The notes under the pieces were generated by a model. The model saw only the letters and a program-made list of their open reading frames with translations, made no database searches and was not told the DNA's origin. Below are positions 50,551 to 62,557 of a stretch of DNA of 64,000 nucleotides, piece by piece; position 1 is the first letter of the stretch, and every line of letters starts with the position of its first letter. Source of the DNA: Macrostomum lignano (Eukaryota). Location of the stretch: positions 469,665 to 533,664 of the forward strand of contig NIVC01000570.1 in NCBI GenBank assembly GCA_002269645.1, written 5' to 3'. Position numbers and translations under genes: made by a program.

Positions 50551-51587
50551 CCAGGATGGAATTCTTGCACAAAAGTTGTTACACGTTTGTGTGTGCTAAG
50601 CAAAAGCTTTAAAGTTTAAGTTTTACTAAAGTAGAACTTTACTTATTAAAGTTTTGCTAAACTTTAAAGTTTAGTAAAACTCTTATAATTTCTAAAGAAT
50701 ATTTTCTTAAAAGAAATGTAGTGTTCAAGCTGCTTTAAAACTTGAAGTATAATTTTTTAATTTATGTTGGCATAGAATTGAAAAGCTAGAAAAATGAAAT
50801 TTCATTGTTTGCGCATCGGCCGCCCCATAGTCAGGAAGGTGGCAGAGTGTGCGCCGGAACAAATTTTGGCCTCTCCCAAAATTGTGCGCCGTGCGCCGAC
50901 ACAAAAACCCTCGTGTGCGCCGTTGTGCGCCCGCCACTACCTGCCTTGCGACAATAAAAGACCTTTTTTTACAACATAGCAACAATTTTTGTGCGCCAAT
51001 ATTTTCAATTACGGGACGGTTACGGGCTATCTATGAGAAATTGAGATCGTTAAACCGAAAATAGAAATTTAAAAAATTTTTAATTTAATTTCTAATTTTT
51101 AAAACAAAACAAACATAAAAAGTAAGCAAATGGCAGAAACAAAGGTAAAAAGGAAAAGGAAAATATTTTTTTTTTTTTTTTTTTTTTGGTAGAATGCAGT
51201 GTTACATTAGATAGAACAGTGAATAGTGTACTGTAACAAGTAACGACTTACATCGTTACATGGGATCGCCACAAGGGTAACGCTGCATGTGGCGCGGCGC
51301 CCGCCGCGCCGCGCCGCCATGCGCCGGTGTCCTCTGGTGTGTGCCGTTGTGCGCCGCTGTGCGCCAGTGCGCCGCTGTGCGCTGTTGTGGCGCGCCGCTG
51401 TGCGCCGCTGTGCGCCGTTGTGTGCCCAAAAAGGGCTTGTGTGCGCCGGAATTTTCCGACCAAACTGCCACCTTCCTGACTATGGCGGCCGCCATGATCC
51501 GCATTATGACTTATTTTTACAGCTGACGTGCACATTTGCACATTGCTCCAAAACCATGCACGCACGTTTACAAGAATTCCATCCTGG
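50551..51587. mobile_element. 1037-bp non-autonomous hAT-like element
   Basis: 17-bp perfect TIR CCAGGATGGAATTCTTG / CAAGAATTCCATCCTGG; 8-bp TSD AGGCCTAG / AAGCCTAG (1 mismatch); internal 21-bp inverted repeat CCATAGTCAGGAAGGTGGCAG; many TGCGCCG subterminal motifs. Confidence 0.85.
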
Positions 51588-53846
51588 AAGCCTAGTAAAA
51601 CTAGCTTTAAACTCCATAAACAATAGGCCACCTCTGGCATATTAATAAAAACAGCCTTCTTGTCTAGTTTGTATTATCTAGAAGTATTTGATATATGCTT
51701 CGTTGCTTGTTAGATTAAAGGTAATAAAGCTACCAAGAATGAAGCTCAAATTTGAAACTGCAAATTTGATACTAGCATTATCAAAATTGACAAAAACCCT
51801 TAATTTTTTGCCTTTAGGCCTATTTATATATGATCCTATCAAAAGACAAAGCTGCAACTACAACTAATTTATCAACAAACTTAAAGTCCAAAAATTATTA
51901 TTTATAATGCCTTATATTGGCTATTGATAATTATAAATATAAACATAGGCCCCTACTTAAAGCTAAAACAAAAAACTTTCAAACAACCTAGCTTGTAGCT
52001 ATGTCTATAGCTGCCTAGGGTCCTAGGGCTAGGCTGAGCCATCAAGGTAGTGGTGCATGTAAGTAAGATGCAACTTGTTAGGCCTAATAGGCCTAATAAT
52101 AGCTCTGTAGTCTGTACTAGTAGCCTAATCAATATTAGGCTTAGTCTATATAGCGTTGCAGTGTTGTAGTAATGTAGAGTAGTGTAGATTATGTAAGTCT
52201 ATACATATGGTTTGCAAATCATGGCATAGGGGCCTAGGGCATAGCCACACCATTGGCATTGGGCATCGCGTCATTACCGTCATATTAATGTAAAGTAGTA
52301 CCGCATTGTGCCTCTGTTTAAATCAAATTAAAATGGGTAATAATAAGACCTAACCTGCTGCAGCGACATTTAAGCAAGGCAAAAGGTGGGGAACAAACTC
52401 GACTAATGACTGCCAAGTGCCAACTTGACAATGTCACGCCATGAAGCACATTAACTCTCGTCGAACGTTACTATCGAGGAGTCTCCGACGAACGACGGCG
52501 GCCAGCCGAAAATTAAAATACAAATTAAAACAAGACGACGAAGTCAGAATTTTAAAATTATGGTCTACTGTTACGGTCTAATTGCGCTTTAGAGCTTTAA
52601 AATTCTTTAAATCAATTTTTACATCGCCTAAATTATTTTTAAAACTACGAGTATTTGGAGACAAAATAACGGTGTTGGTTAAAATCTTGGCCTACGTGAC
52701 TTCAGATACGCCAAATGTATTCATTTCCATCTATATTCGAAATTCTATGCCATATCATCGATCTAAAAAATAGAGACACAAGTGACTTCAAACTGCCTTT
52801 GTTATATTTTTGTTCATGTCATATATCCTAAGTTCTCTACATGTATATCGCGAATGTTATACATGTATATATATCTTTACTCATACCAAATTAAATGTGA
52901 ACGTGTGCGTGACAAAATCGTGTGATTTCAGTTACTGCTGCAGTTAAGTTCTTTCGCTGCACTCACGTTTGGCTGTTTTTCTACACTTTTGAACGCCCCT
53001 GGTCAGCTCTGTCTGATTCGGCTGCGCTGCTGGTTGAGCTTTCCCAGCTAACCAATAATCACGCTTAGGTTTTGTTCCCGGTGACGCCAGCCGATTGGAT
53101 GGGCTGGGTCGTCCTCCTCTCTCCCCTCTGTTTTGTTGTAACCCTGCAGCTTCTTCCGCCTTAAACTTTATAGCCTTGTAAGTAAGCCCTACAAGTGCCC
53201 TGCACGGCGATTGACTTAAGCCAGGCTAACCCTTTTGCTCTCTCTGCACTTGCCCCCCCCTCCGCTGTTGTGTGGCCCGTGTGAGATGGCAACTAAGCTA
53301 TAAATTAAAAAGTTATGACTACGGAAAAAAATTCAAATTTATTGCCTGTTGAAAACGAGGGTTAATCTTGAAAGTAAATAAACTCGAGAAGTAAAAGTAA
53401 CTTTTTGTTGATTAATTTACCGCAGTTAAATAACTTTCGAAAAAGCGAATTTACGTTAATTAACCACAAACACTTTGTGGGTTAATTTCGGTTAACAAAT
53501 TAAAACTCGTAAATTAAAGTAAGTGTAAATTTATTAGTGTAAGTGTACAGTTAACGTAAAGTACATGTACGTCAAGTAGCGTTTATTTACCTAAAATTAC
53601 GGTGATCAACCTCCAGGGTGTTTACTGGAGTTGCAAGACGCTTGTGCGTGAGAAATGATAGAACTGCAGGCCATGCAGACGACAACCAATACTGATTCAA
53701 TCGGTAAGCACAGTCTCATCAGCTGCGTTAAGTTCCACTCTTCCGGTATTGTCAGATCGACTACTGCATGCATGTACTCGTATCAGTAGGGTCAGCGCGT
53801 CCTTACGCCTGAGATAGTACTATGAGTTCTTCGCTATACGCTACAG

Positions 53847-53973
53847 AAGACGCACAATGGATCCTCTATGATCAGTACGGATAGCAGCCCGGATGTACAA
53901 TGTATGAGCATATCAGACCTAATCCGAGCTATTTGCTATCCGTACTGATCATAGAGGATCCATTGTGCATCTT
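53847..53973. other. ~40-bp stem inverted repeat (hairpin) with 47-nt loop
   Basis: AAGACGCACAATGGATCCTCTATGATCAGTACGGATAGCA (53847-53886) pairs with 53934-53973 with 1 mismatch; no TSD seen. Confidence 0.8.
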
Positions 53974-55743
53974 AAACGCCTCTGGATATCAGGCTCTACT
54001 CTGCGTCCCAACGCCAGCATGAGCTAGCGATGTATATATTGTCAGCAGAATGTCAGCGTGTCCCAACATCTGATGGGTAACCATGGTTCTTCCAGCGCGT
54101 CCCAACGCCTGGATTTTAGAGTAACGTAAAAATGGACGGTATTGGTACTGCACTGGCCGCATCCATAATACGCTCGTAGACAGCAGTCAACACAACAACG
54201 CGCGCGCCTTTCACGCCATCAAACCCAGTGAAAAAAAGGGGTAGTCGGAATCCAATCGGAATGTCCGGTCGGAATTTGTCAGCAAAGTGGCTCATGCAAT
54301 CCGATCGTTTTCTGGTCGGAGTTTTCCGATCGGAATGTGACGCTATATCCGACTAAATTACGATTAGGTTGTATTTTTCAGAAATTTGCTTTTGCGTTGG
54401 CTAGCTTGAATAAAAAATAAACAAATCGGTTTTCAAAGTACTTAGCAAAATAATATATTATTTAAAATATTATTCTGCCTGAAGACTGAAGCACAATAAT
54501 GATTGGCTATTTAATAATTTACTCAATGCATTGTATATTATGCAATTATAAAGATTACAGTATGCGATGCTGTACCCTTGTACTGCGCAATGCTGTTACC
54601 GATGACGACATTCAGCCGACTCCCTTGGCTACGAGTGTAGTCGGAGAAGCCACTACTGATAAGGCTCATGCCGTTCCTTGACATGGCTTGTTCGTACACA
54701 AAGGCGCATTCAATGGTACGAGTATAGCGCCTCTCTGATACATATCGCTTCAAATTTGGGACTATAAGTTCAGGCTTTAAGATAAATCAAGGATTTGGAC
54801 TTTTTCACAATGATAAGCTATGAAAACAGGAATATTGCTATGGGAGCCAAACATCATCATTTAATCGTTTTAATTTGTGACAGAGCACTGTAGGGATTTA
54901 ATGTAAATTAATGGAAGGAAAAGAGCTAGGCGGTGGTTCTTATTTTATTTGGTTAAAAGACAGCGGAGTAAGAAGTAAGAAGAAGCAAAGATTATCCGCG
55001 GTTGGCACCGTTTATTTATAGCCATCAGGAGCATCGCCGGAAACTTCTACAACATTTTAAGCATTATAACAAAACAAATATTAATTATTGATTCCTATTA
55101 GATTTGCATTAATTGTAGTACTGCCTTACTGTAATAAATTATACATTGAATATTTATAAATGCGAGTATTGAAATTAGTTAATGTATAAGAGAACTTTCT
55201 GGAATTTAATTTGTACTCTACGGGAAATTTCTAGAAATAAATGTAATTCATAATGCATCAAACTTTCGCGAATGTCACCACATCACAACATAAAAACACA
55301 AATCACTGGTGATCATGTTCATATAAAAATATATTTGATTAAATTTCCAAGGCCATACTACTTCTTTAAGTAGTTATATATTTTGCAGTAGCATTAAAGT
55401 TCGGGGGATCGGAGAAGTGAATTTCAATTAAATATATGAAGATTTTTATTCGTACCGTCGTGTACGTGGTTAGGTAGAAGGGATACCGTAACAATTCTTA
55501 CGGAATCGTACACAGCGTGTATCCACTGTGAGACGTACTGCGATATCTATATATTCTACCGGTTCTCACAACCAGCCATTTAAACTGCGTGTAGCTGTTT
55601 TTGCAGATGCGGATATAGAAAAGACAATATTTACTTTCTCATGTGCTTTCAGACAGCTTCTGTAGCTATTGATATCTATTCAGTACAAATTGTCAAAGAT
55701 TAAGCATCGATTTGCGAGTTTAACACATCGGTTTCTTCATAAA

Positions 55744-57489
55744 TCAGTCTTTAAACTTCAATTGACTCACTTCAACAACCACACGTTTCTTACAACCGCC
55801 GTGCAGTTTCACCTCAAGCCAATGTCGAATCCGAAAGGCAAACCTGAAATATCTGTAGGTCTTCAACGCGGCCAAAAGTCTCAGCAGAGGGAAAGCAACT
55901 TCAAAGTCGCTGTTGCACTTTTGAAACGTCTCGGTAACAAAAGCAATGAGAAAATTCAATAAGTTGAGGCCGACAAGACAGAAAAATAGGACGTGAATGA
56001 ACAATACCACAGGGCTATCCAAACTGTAGGTTATCATGTTCAGTATTGTCTTGATGGAGGAGTACAGCGACAATGCCGCAGTGTCATAGTTGGGCGAGTT
56101 CACCAGGATGAAGAAATCGAGGCTGAACAATGTTATCCAATAGAACAGCAAAGGCAGCGCCGCAAGGAAGCTGGAAAGCATGCGGTGAAAGATGAAGAAC
56201 AACTTTCCCATTGACCTTGAGACAATCTCCATGTACTGCGCAAAGTGGAGCAGCGTGAACGAAATATACAGCGTGTTAGATCCAACAAAAATTTCTCGAT
56301 AAACGCTGTTTTGTATCGGAGGCAAATGAATGTAAAAATTCGCCTGACCAAGGAAATTCGAAAACAAAAAGAAAGAGACGCCGCTACCCAGAGCGACGCC
56401 GAGGTAGACGTCAAATATTGAACGGCGCATAAAGCAGTTCCGACTATAGGGGTTGGCAAACGACATTCGTCTTTGTCGTCTCTCGCACATAAACAACAAA
56501 AGTTTACTGATAGCCAGAAAAGCCTGAGCAACCAGCATCAGAGCTATCAGTAAGGTTCCCATCACGGCAGAGCGCGTAATTTGCACACAAGATTTCTGCT
56601 TTACCTTTTGAGAAAAGAAAAACTCATAGTACAAGGTTGTGTTATAGAGATCTGTCACGTTGTAACCAACGCTCAATGCTGCTTGAAAAGTTGCTTGATT
56701 GCAATGAATCAGGTTTCCAACCGATGCAACTAGAAGCATCAAGGAGTCATCGACGATAGTCATTAGAAAAATCACGGTAGGTACGCTGATAAATAAAATA
56801 CGCAGAATGGTAAGAACTTTGGTCTGACGATAAATCAGCCGAAACCACTGTCGAACCAAAGGATCTTCAAGTAGTTTTGACTTTTTCAGCGCATCGATTT
56901 GATTTGTTGAAACAAAGGTGAGCAGTTGTAGAGGGCTCGCTTGGCAGCGGGTGCCGTGACATAGATCATAGTCAGTGAGGTCATACAGACGCAATGTCCA
57001 ACTACCCGTTCGACTAACCGAGCTCAGCAAGTAGTTTGGCAGGTGGAGCAGTTTTCGAGCCAGTCGGAATGCGCAATATTTTACGCACGCCTCGATAGGC
57101 CTGAGACCCATCGAGTCTTCCTGCATCACCAGATTCCTCAGCAATTGAGGCTCTTTGCATAGAGTCGCCAAAATTGCAGTCTCGAAGTACTTTGCAGATT
57201 TAAATCTTGGCGCAAAGAGCTGGCAACGGGCCAGGGTGTGCAGCACTGTGCTGCCATCGGGCTCGAGCTGGGCCAGGTATTCGGCGTTTGCTGTGATTAG
57301 GTACTCAAACACGCTGACAGACTGAAGCGCAATAGCCAGGTGAATTGCATAGGCAAACTGTAGACTAAGAAATTCCCAATTCTGCTTTCTCTTTCCTGAT
57401 GGGCAGCATCGTCCTAGACAGTGCATTGATGAATCGGGTGGCACATCAACTAGCCGTTGAGCCATCTTGCTCGGCAGCTCAGCTCCCAT
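55744..57489 (-). CDS. Divergent TRPV-like ankyrin-repeat 6TM cation channel, intronless ORF (581 aa; frame open to ~57612)
   Basis: Ankyrin-like segments (AIHLAIAL, GSTVLHTLA, MGLRPIEAC); TRPV linker LYDLTDYD...SPLQLL; six hydrophobic segments; pore-helix-like LSLYSSIKTILN; S6 GLNLLNFLIAFVTETF. Confidence 0.8.
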   Translation of the reverse strand: MGAELPSKMAQRLVDVPPDSSMHCLGRCCPSGKRKQNWEFLSLQFAYAIHLAIALQSVSVFEYLITANAEYLAQLEPDGSTVLHTLARCQLFAPRFKSAKYFETAILATLCKEPQLLRNLVMQEDSMGLRPIEACVKYCAFRLARKLLHLPNYLLSSVSRTGSWTLRLYDLTDYDLCHGTRCQASPLQLLTFVSTNQIDALKKSKLLEDPLVRQWFRLIYRQTKVLTILRILFISVPTVIFLMTIVDDSLMLLVASVGNLIHCNQATFQAALSVGYNVTDLYNTTLYYEFFFSQKVKQKSCVQITRSAVMGTLLIALMLVAQAFLAISKLLLFMCERRQRRMSFANPYSRNCFMRRSIFDVYLGVALGSGVSFFLFSNFLGQANFYIHLPPIQNSVYREIFVGSNTLYISFTLLHFAQYMEIVSRSMGKLFFIFHRMLSSFLAALPLLFYWITLFSLDFFILVNSPNYDTAALSLYSSIKTILNMITYSLDSPVVLFIHVLFFCLVGLNLLNFLIAFVTETFQKCNSDFEVAFPLLRLLAALKTYRYFRFAFRIRHWLEVKLHGGCKKRVVVEVSQLKFKD

Positions 57490-58059
57490 GGCCTGGATGA
57501 AGGCGTCCGCATCGTCCTTAGCCAGAGCGCTCAGCGCTGCTTCATTTGCCGACTCCAGTTTCTGATTTAAGGATTGTCGACTGCAACTCTGAAGGAACTT
57601 CTTTTTGGAGCTTTACCGCTATGGTTTGCCTGTCTCCTGAACCAGTCAGTTTGATGATTGACAGAGTTCAGTAGCAGCCTTAAGTATACACAGCATTTGC
57701 ACTTATCCACTTAGCTAACTGCCCCAATAGTCATCAGAAAATTGATTTATTACTTGGACACACAAAACTTCCTGCCAACGCTTTGCTGTGAGTAAACACA
57801 CAGAGAATGTGACGATTGCCGGTCAGAGCTCTGGCAGATCCAACTAGCTGCTACTGAAATAGGCGGGTTGCAGGGTTTTCCATTACAGACTGAACTAATA
57901 ATGCCAGTATTTGTCTCAGCCACGCAGTCCGAAGTGGATAAAGTCACGCAATTGTTTATTAGCTTATGCATCAGCTGATTAAGCTGGAAAAAAACTGGCT
58001 GGGCAGTGTGCCGGCTTTCAATGGGGCAGCTATACTTGAAATAATTACACCAACTGTGG

Positions 58060-58065
58060 TGTCTA

Positions 58066-58114
<49 letters not shown>

Positions 58115-58115
58115 G

Positions 58116-58192
<77 letters not shown>

Positions 58193-58205
58193 GCCTGTCT
58201 GTCTA

Positions 58206-58272
<67 letters not shown>
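58060..58272. repeat. (CTGT)n microsatellite
   Basis: Direct reading. Confidence 0.98.
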
Positions 58273-58273
<1 letters not shown>

Positions 58274-59684
58274 CAGTCTAAAATATGTCTAAAATAGCTA
58301 CAATTTTGCGGATGCGATAAACGGTACTTGTTTAAAGGTGCATAAAAATCTGCCCAATCAGTGACGCAAATATTATGCAAGCAAATATCTGATTTACAAG
58401 CAGACATTGCCTGACGGTTAGAAAGTCAGTGCCGCTGTACACCCTGTGTGAGCGTGTGTACGAGTGTGGGCCTGCGTACAGTATTGGCGCGCTTGCGTGT
58501 GCTTGGGAGTCAACAAAAATGGATAGAATTGCCTCAGCTCTGTGATTTGTGGGATGATGATGTCGCCGAAGGCCTTGCGCCAGGGTGTATTGAAGGAAAT
58601 ACATTCAGAAACACAAATATATTTAATTTATTAACTATTTCAATGACAAAAATACTCTTAGTTAATAGTTGGACCAGGTCAGCTTTGTCGGTAAGAGCAG
58701 TGAGACTCGGCACTTCAGCCCTGCTGCTTGCCAACCCACCGTGGCACTAACGCGCAGGCGGTAGGCCGGCAACCAAGTAGGGTCGCATCGAACGCGCAGG
58801 CCCTGGTGACAATGCCCTGACTATAAACCCAAAAGGATAGAAGCAGGACGACACATACGGTTGTTGGCATTTTTGGTCGCTCTAGGCGACTTCACACATT
58901 CACGAATTACGTTGTATATTTGACTTGGGATGTGGAAGAAGCGCAGGGACGGCTGTAGCGGCTTGATGGCGGTGCGAGCGCAAATCATTAACACAAAATT
59001 GGGGTGGGGCTTAAGCTGTAGGGTAAGAGAAACGGCGGGTGGGGCTGAGGTAGAGAGAGAATTGACTGCAGCCACGCTAAGCACAATGGGGTGCAGCCAA
59101 TGCAGTGACCACGGGGAGCAAGTAATTTAAATAAGGGGAGAGGATATAGCAGGGCAGGGGGTGGGGCAATTAAACCAACTCAAGGGAACAGGTCCAGTGC
59201 AGCGGTACCAAAATGCAGTAAGGTACTTTATGCTCAAGAAGATACAGCTAACAATAAGTTACGAGTAGGGAGGAGATTGGGAGGGACACACAGACACACA
59301 GACTGGAGGAGATAAGACAAAACATTGGGGCGGCGCACCGAGGGCCAGGATTAGGAGCTCCAAAGTAGATACAAAAGCGACAATGGAAGGTAATAAAGTA
59401 TAGTACGGTCAAATGCATTATTAGATCACAACATTGAAAAGCAAAGAGGAACTGAATTTGCAATTAAACGGAAAAATGCCGTTATGCAGGATTGAATTAA
59501 AATAATTCTCGAAACGGCAAATTTTAGGTTCCCAGTCGGTGCGAATTGCTGGTGTCCTTCTGCAGCGAACCTTTCGCCGAGGCGTAGTTTAAAAGTCGGA
59601 TCTGCAGTGGTTCAGTGAGTGGCGTGTTTAGTCCATGATGACCGTTGCTGCATGACGTCAGCTTGATCGGCTCAGTACGAGCTA

Positions 59685-60040
<356 letters not shown>

Positions 60041-60085
60041 CTTTCTTTCTTAAGCCCCATTCTCTCCTAAGCTCCATAGACTCAC

Positions 60086-61567
60086 CTCATGCTGCCTGTC
60101 CTTATCGTTAATTGCCCATCTGCGTCGGCAAGCCTACAGAAATGTTAGAAATATTAGTAAACCAGTTTGAATAAGTCTCTCAAGATCAAATGATTTCGTG
60201 TTTGAGAGGGTGGAAAACTTTCGGATATTCAAGCCGCCTCACTCACCCCGCACAGAACCGTAATCCCCAAAACCATTACGCCAAGAAAGTAGACCGCAGT
60301 GAATGCCACTATGGCGAATTTCTCAATTTTACGCGAATCGTATTGACCGGTAGTGGAATGCCAAACAATCAGCAGCACGAGGAACAGGAGATTGTAAAGT
60401 ATTGCCTTGTCCTGAAAATGATGTTTTTTTAAAAAGGAGAGGCCTTTACTCATACCCAACAAAATAATAAATAGGGTATTCGAGGTATTAGTGTGTATGC
60501 AAGCTAGTGTACTTTTAGCCGGGAGAAGCAACTCGTCAAAACAGGTCAACCGGTAGCATTAAAAATCCAGGGAACATCGATAGAACGAAAGAACATCTGG
60601 AGATCATGTAACATCGAGGGAGCTACACAAATCTTCTAGACTTACCAATAAAGTGAGGTATGCGATCCTTGGAATGCTATTATTAACCACAAACTTGTAC
60701 GTAATGGTGGTTAGCAGCAGGATGAAAGAGAGCTGCAAGCGACTTTGCAATTTTTTTTGATCCAAGCAAAACGCGCACATGGCCAGTGCGCACAGAATGA
60801 ACGACACGAGCCAGATGTTCACCATGTAGAACACTGACTTTCTAGTCGCTCTGGTTGTAAAGCGCAGCGCCGATCTCTTTCTTGGCCCAATATGGCTGTC
60901 CGAATGGATCAACGCCTTGGTCGCGTCCACGTGTGTGTGCAGATGCCACTCCTGGGCGTCCATAAATGTGTTGGTGAGTACGCGACAAGGACGTTCGGAC
61001 ATTTCATGCAGATCGATTGCTGAGTTTGGCAGATTGGAGCACACTGTTACCGTTAGATCCTGCAGGTTGTTTTGGGGCATAGAGCTGTTTGATGACGGAG
61101 CTCAGTACGTTTAATTCTATCAAATTCTGTCGTACAGAAGATTTCTATCAAAATTTCTATCAAAAGGAATATACTTCGTTATCCATTGAACTCATTGTAT
61201 AACGTTGGGAGTAGCAAGGTGTCCAGCAAGCCATTCCATAATCTTAACGAACCTGCGTGTCGAAAGGAAAGTGCGACAGTTCCATTTGCTCGTGGAATTT
61301 GCCTCGAACGCTGTGCTTCTCTTGTACGAAAGTGTCTCCAGATTCTACTCGAATCACTTCGACTTCTTTTTGGTGCTTGAGGTCGCCAATGCAGTTGTCC
61401 ACGTACAGATCTGGGTGCCAGAGACTCGAAGTGTCAACCGTGGTGACTGCTTTGTCGAGAGCCGGCTCTCGCCACCGCACCTCCAAATATACGGAAGCCT
61501 CGAAGCACTCGTGGACCGTGTCGATGTCACCAATCTTTGTGAATACAATTCGAACCTCCACTAGTCG
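60086..61567 (-). CDS. Cys-less (Pro-loop) pentameric ligand-gated ion channel subunit; 5' and last exons uncertain
   Basis: Phase-0 exons 61567-61253, 61059-60646, 60411-60247, 60133-60086. Motifs [51 protein letters not shown]1 [14 protein letters not shown]2 [31 protein letters not shown]3, short loop, M4. A further upstream exon may end at the donor after 61843. Confidence 0.88.
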
Positions 61568-62557
61568 CTGTTTTTTGGGCGAGAAGGAAAATTGCATCGC
61601 TCTTTTTTTAGTTAATTTTTAATCAGTGAGGAGTGTACTTATACAAGAATAATCCGATAATTTTAAGGACGCATTACGGACTTGACAGATGCATTCATAG
61701 TATTGAATCAACACATACGAGCGTAGTTGTAGGTTCTTTGATCCCGCCATTAAAAGAGGCCATTTTAGCGGGATCACACAAAATTTAAATCAGTTTTCGT
61801 CGCTTTGACACATCTCTGACAGATAGGCACCAAATAGATTACCTTTTCCCCAGCCTGCTGACCCACTACCGAAGGCGGCGATGCGTCATTGACACATCTC
61901 TGACAGCTAGGCACTGTAAAGGCTCAATTAATTGCGAATGGAGAAAAAGGTTAGGCGTCCACTTAGCCTTGCGTGCTATTATATATTGTGATCGATCGAT
62001 ATGCAATACGATGTACATAATGCTAGAAGGCCCAAAGCTCAAGCCGATTGGCTGCAGAGGAGAGAAGAACTGAATGGTGTGGGGGTTTGAATATTGCAAG
62101 GGCCAAAGGGTTAAGTTGGCTGGCGAGAGAGAGAGTACATTGAACAGCGGGGCTGACAAGGGCGCGCAGCGCACGGGGACGGCTCACATCCTTCCCCGAG
62201 CGGATTAAAACAGGAATTAAAAACGTATTGGATGGCAGCTGTCAGAGCGCGAGCGTTTGCGGAAAGCAGACTGATGGATAGGCATAAAATCGGTATTGGG
62301 TTATTGTAATATTTTTTCACGGAATAAAACAATTGGGCGAAAGAAAATTATACAAGAGATAAAAAAAATTGCATTAGCCGCATGGCGGATCACCCCCCCC
62401 CCACTACAAAAGCACGATCAACCAGTAGCAGTTAAAAAAAGATGATGAGTAAATAAACGCTGTCAAAATGAGTAAAGGCAATGCAAAAGTCACTTGTCAC
62501 AGTATAAGTCAAGTCAGTCAATCATTGAAAAAAAATTTCAGCGAACCGATCAGATAT

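Noticed and set aside
53020-53190. CCAAT/ATTGG boxes and a plus-strand GTAAGT as a promoter or first exon
   Set aside because: Short motifs only; a promoter cannot be supported without TSS data.
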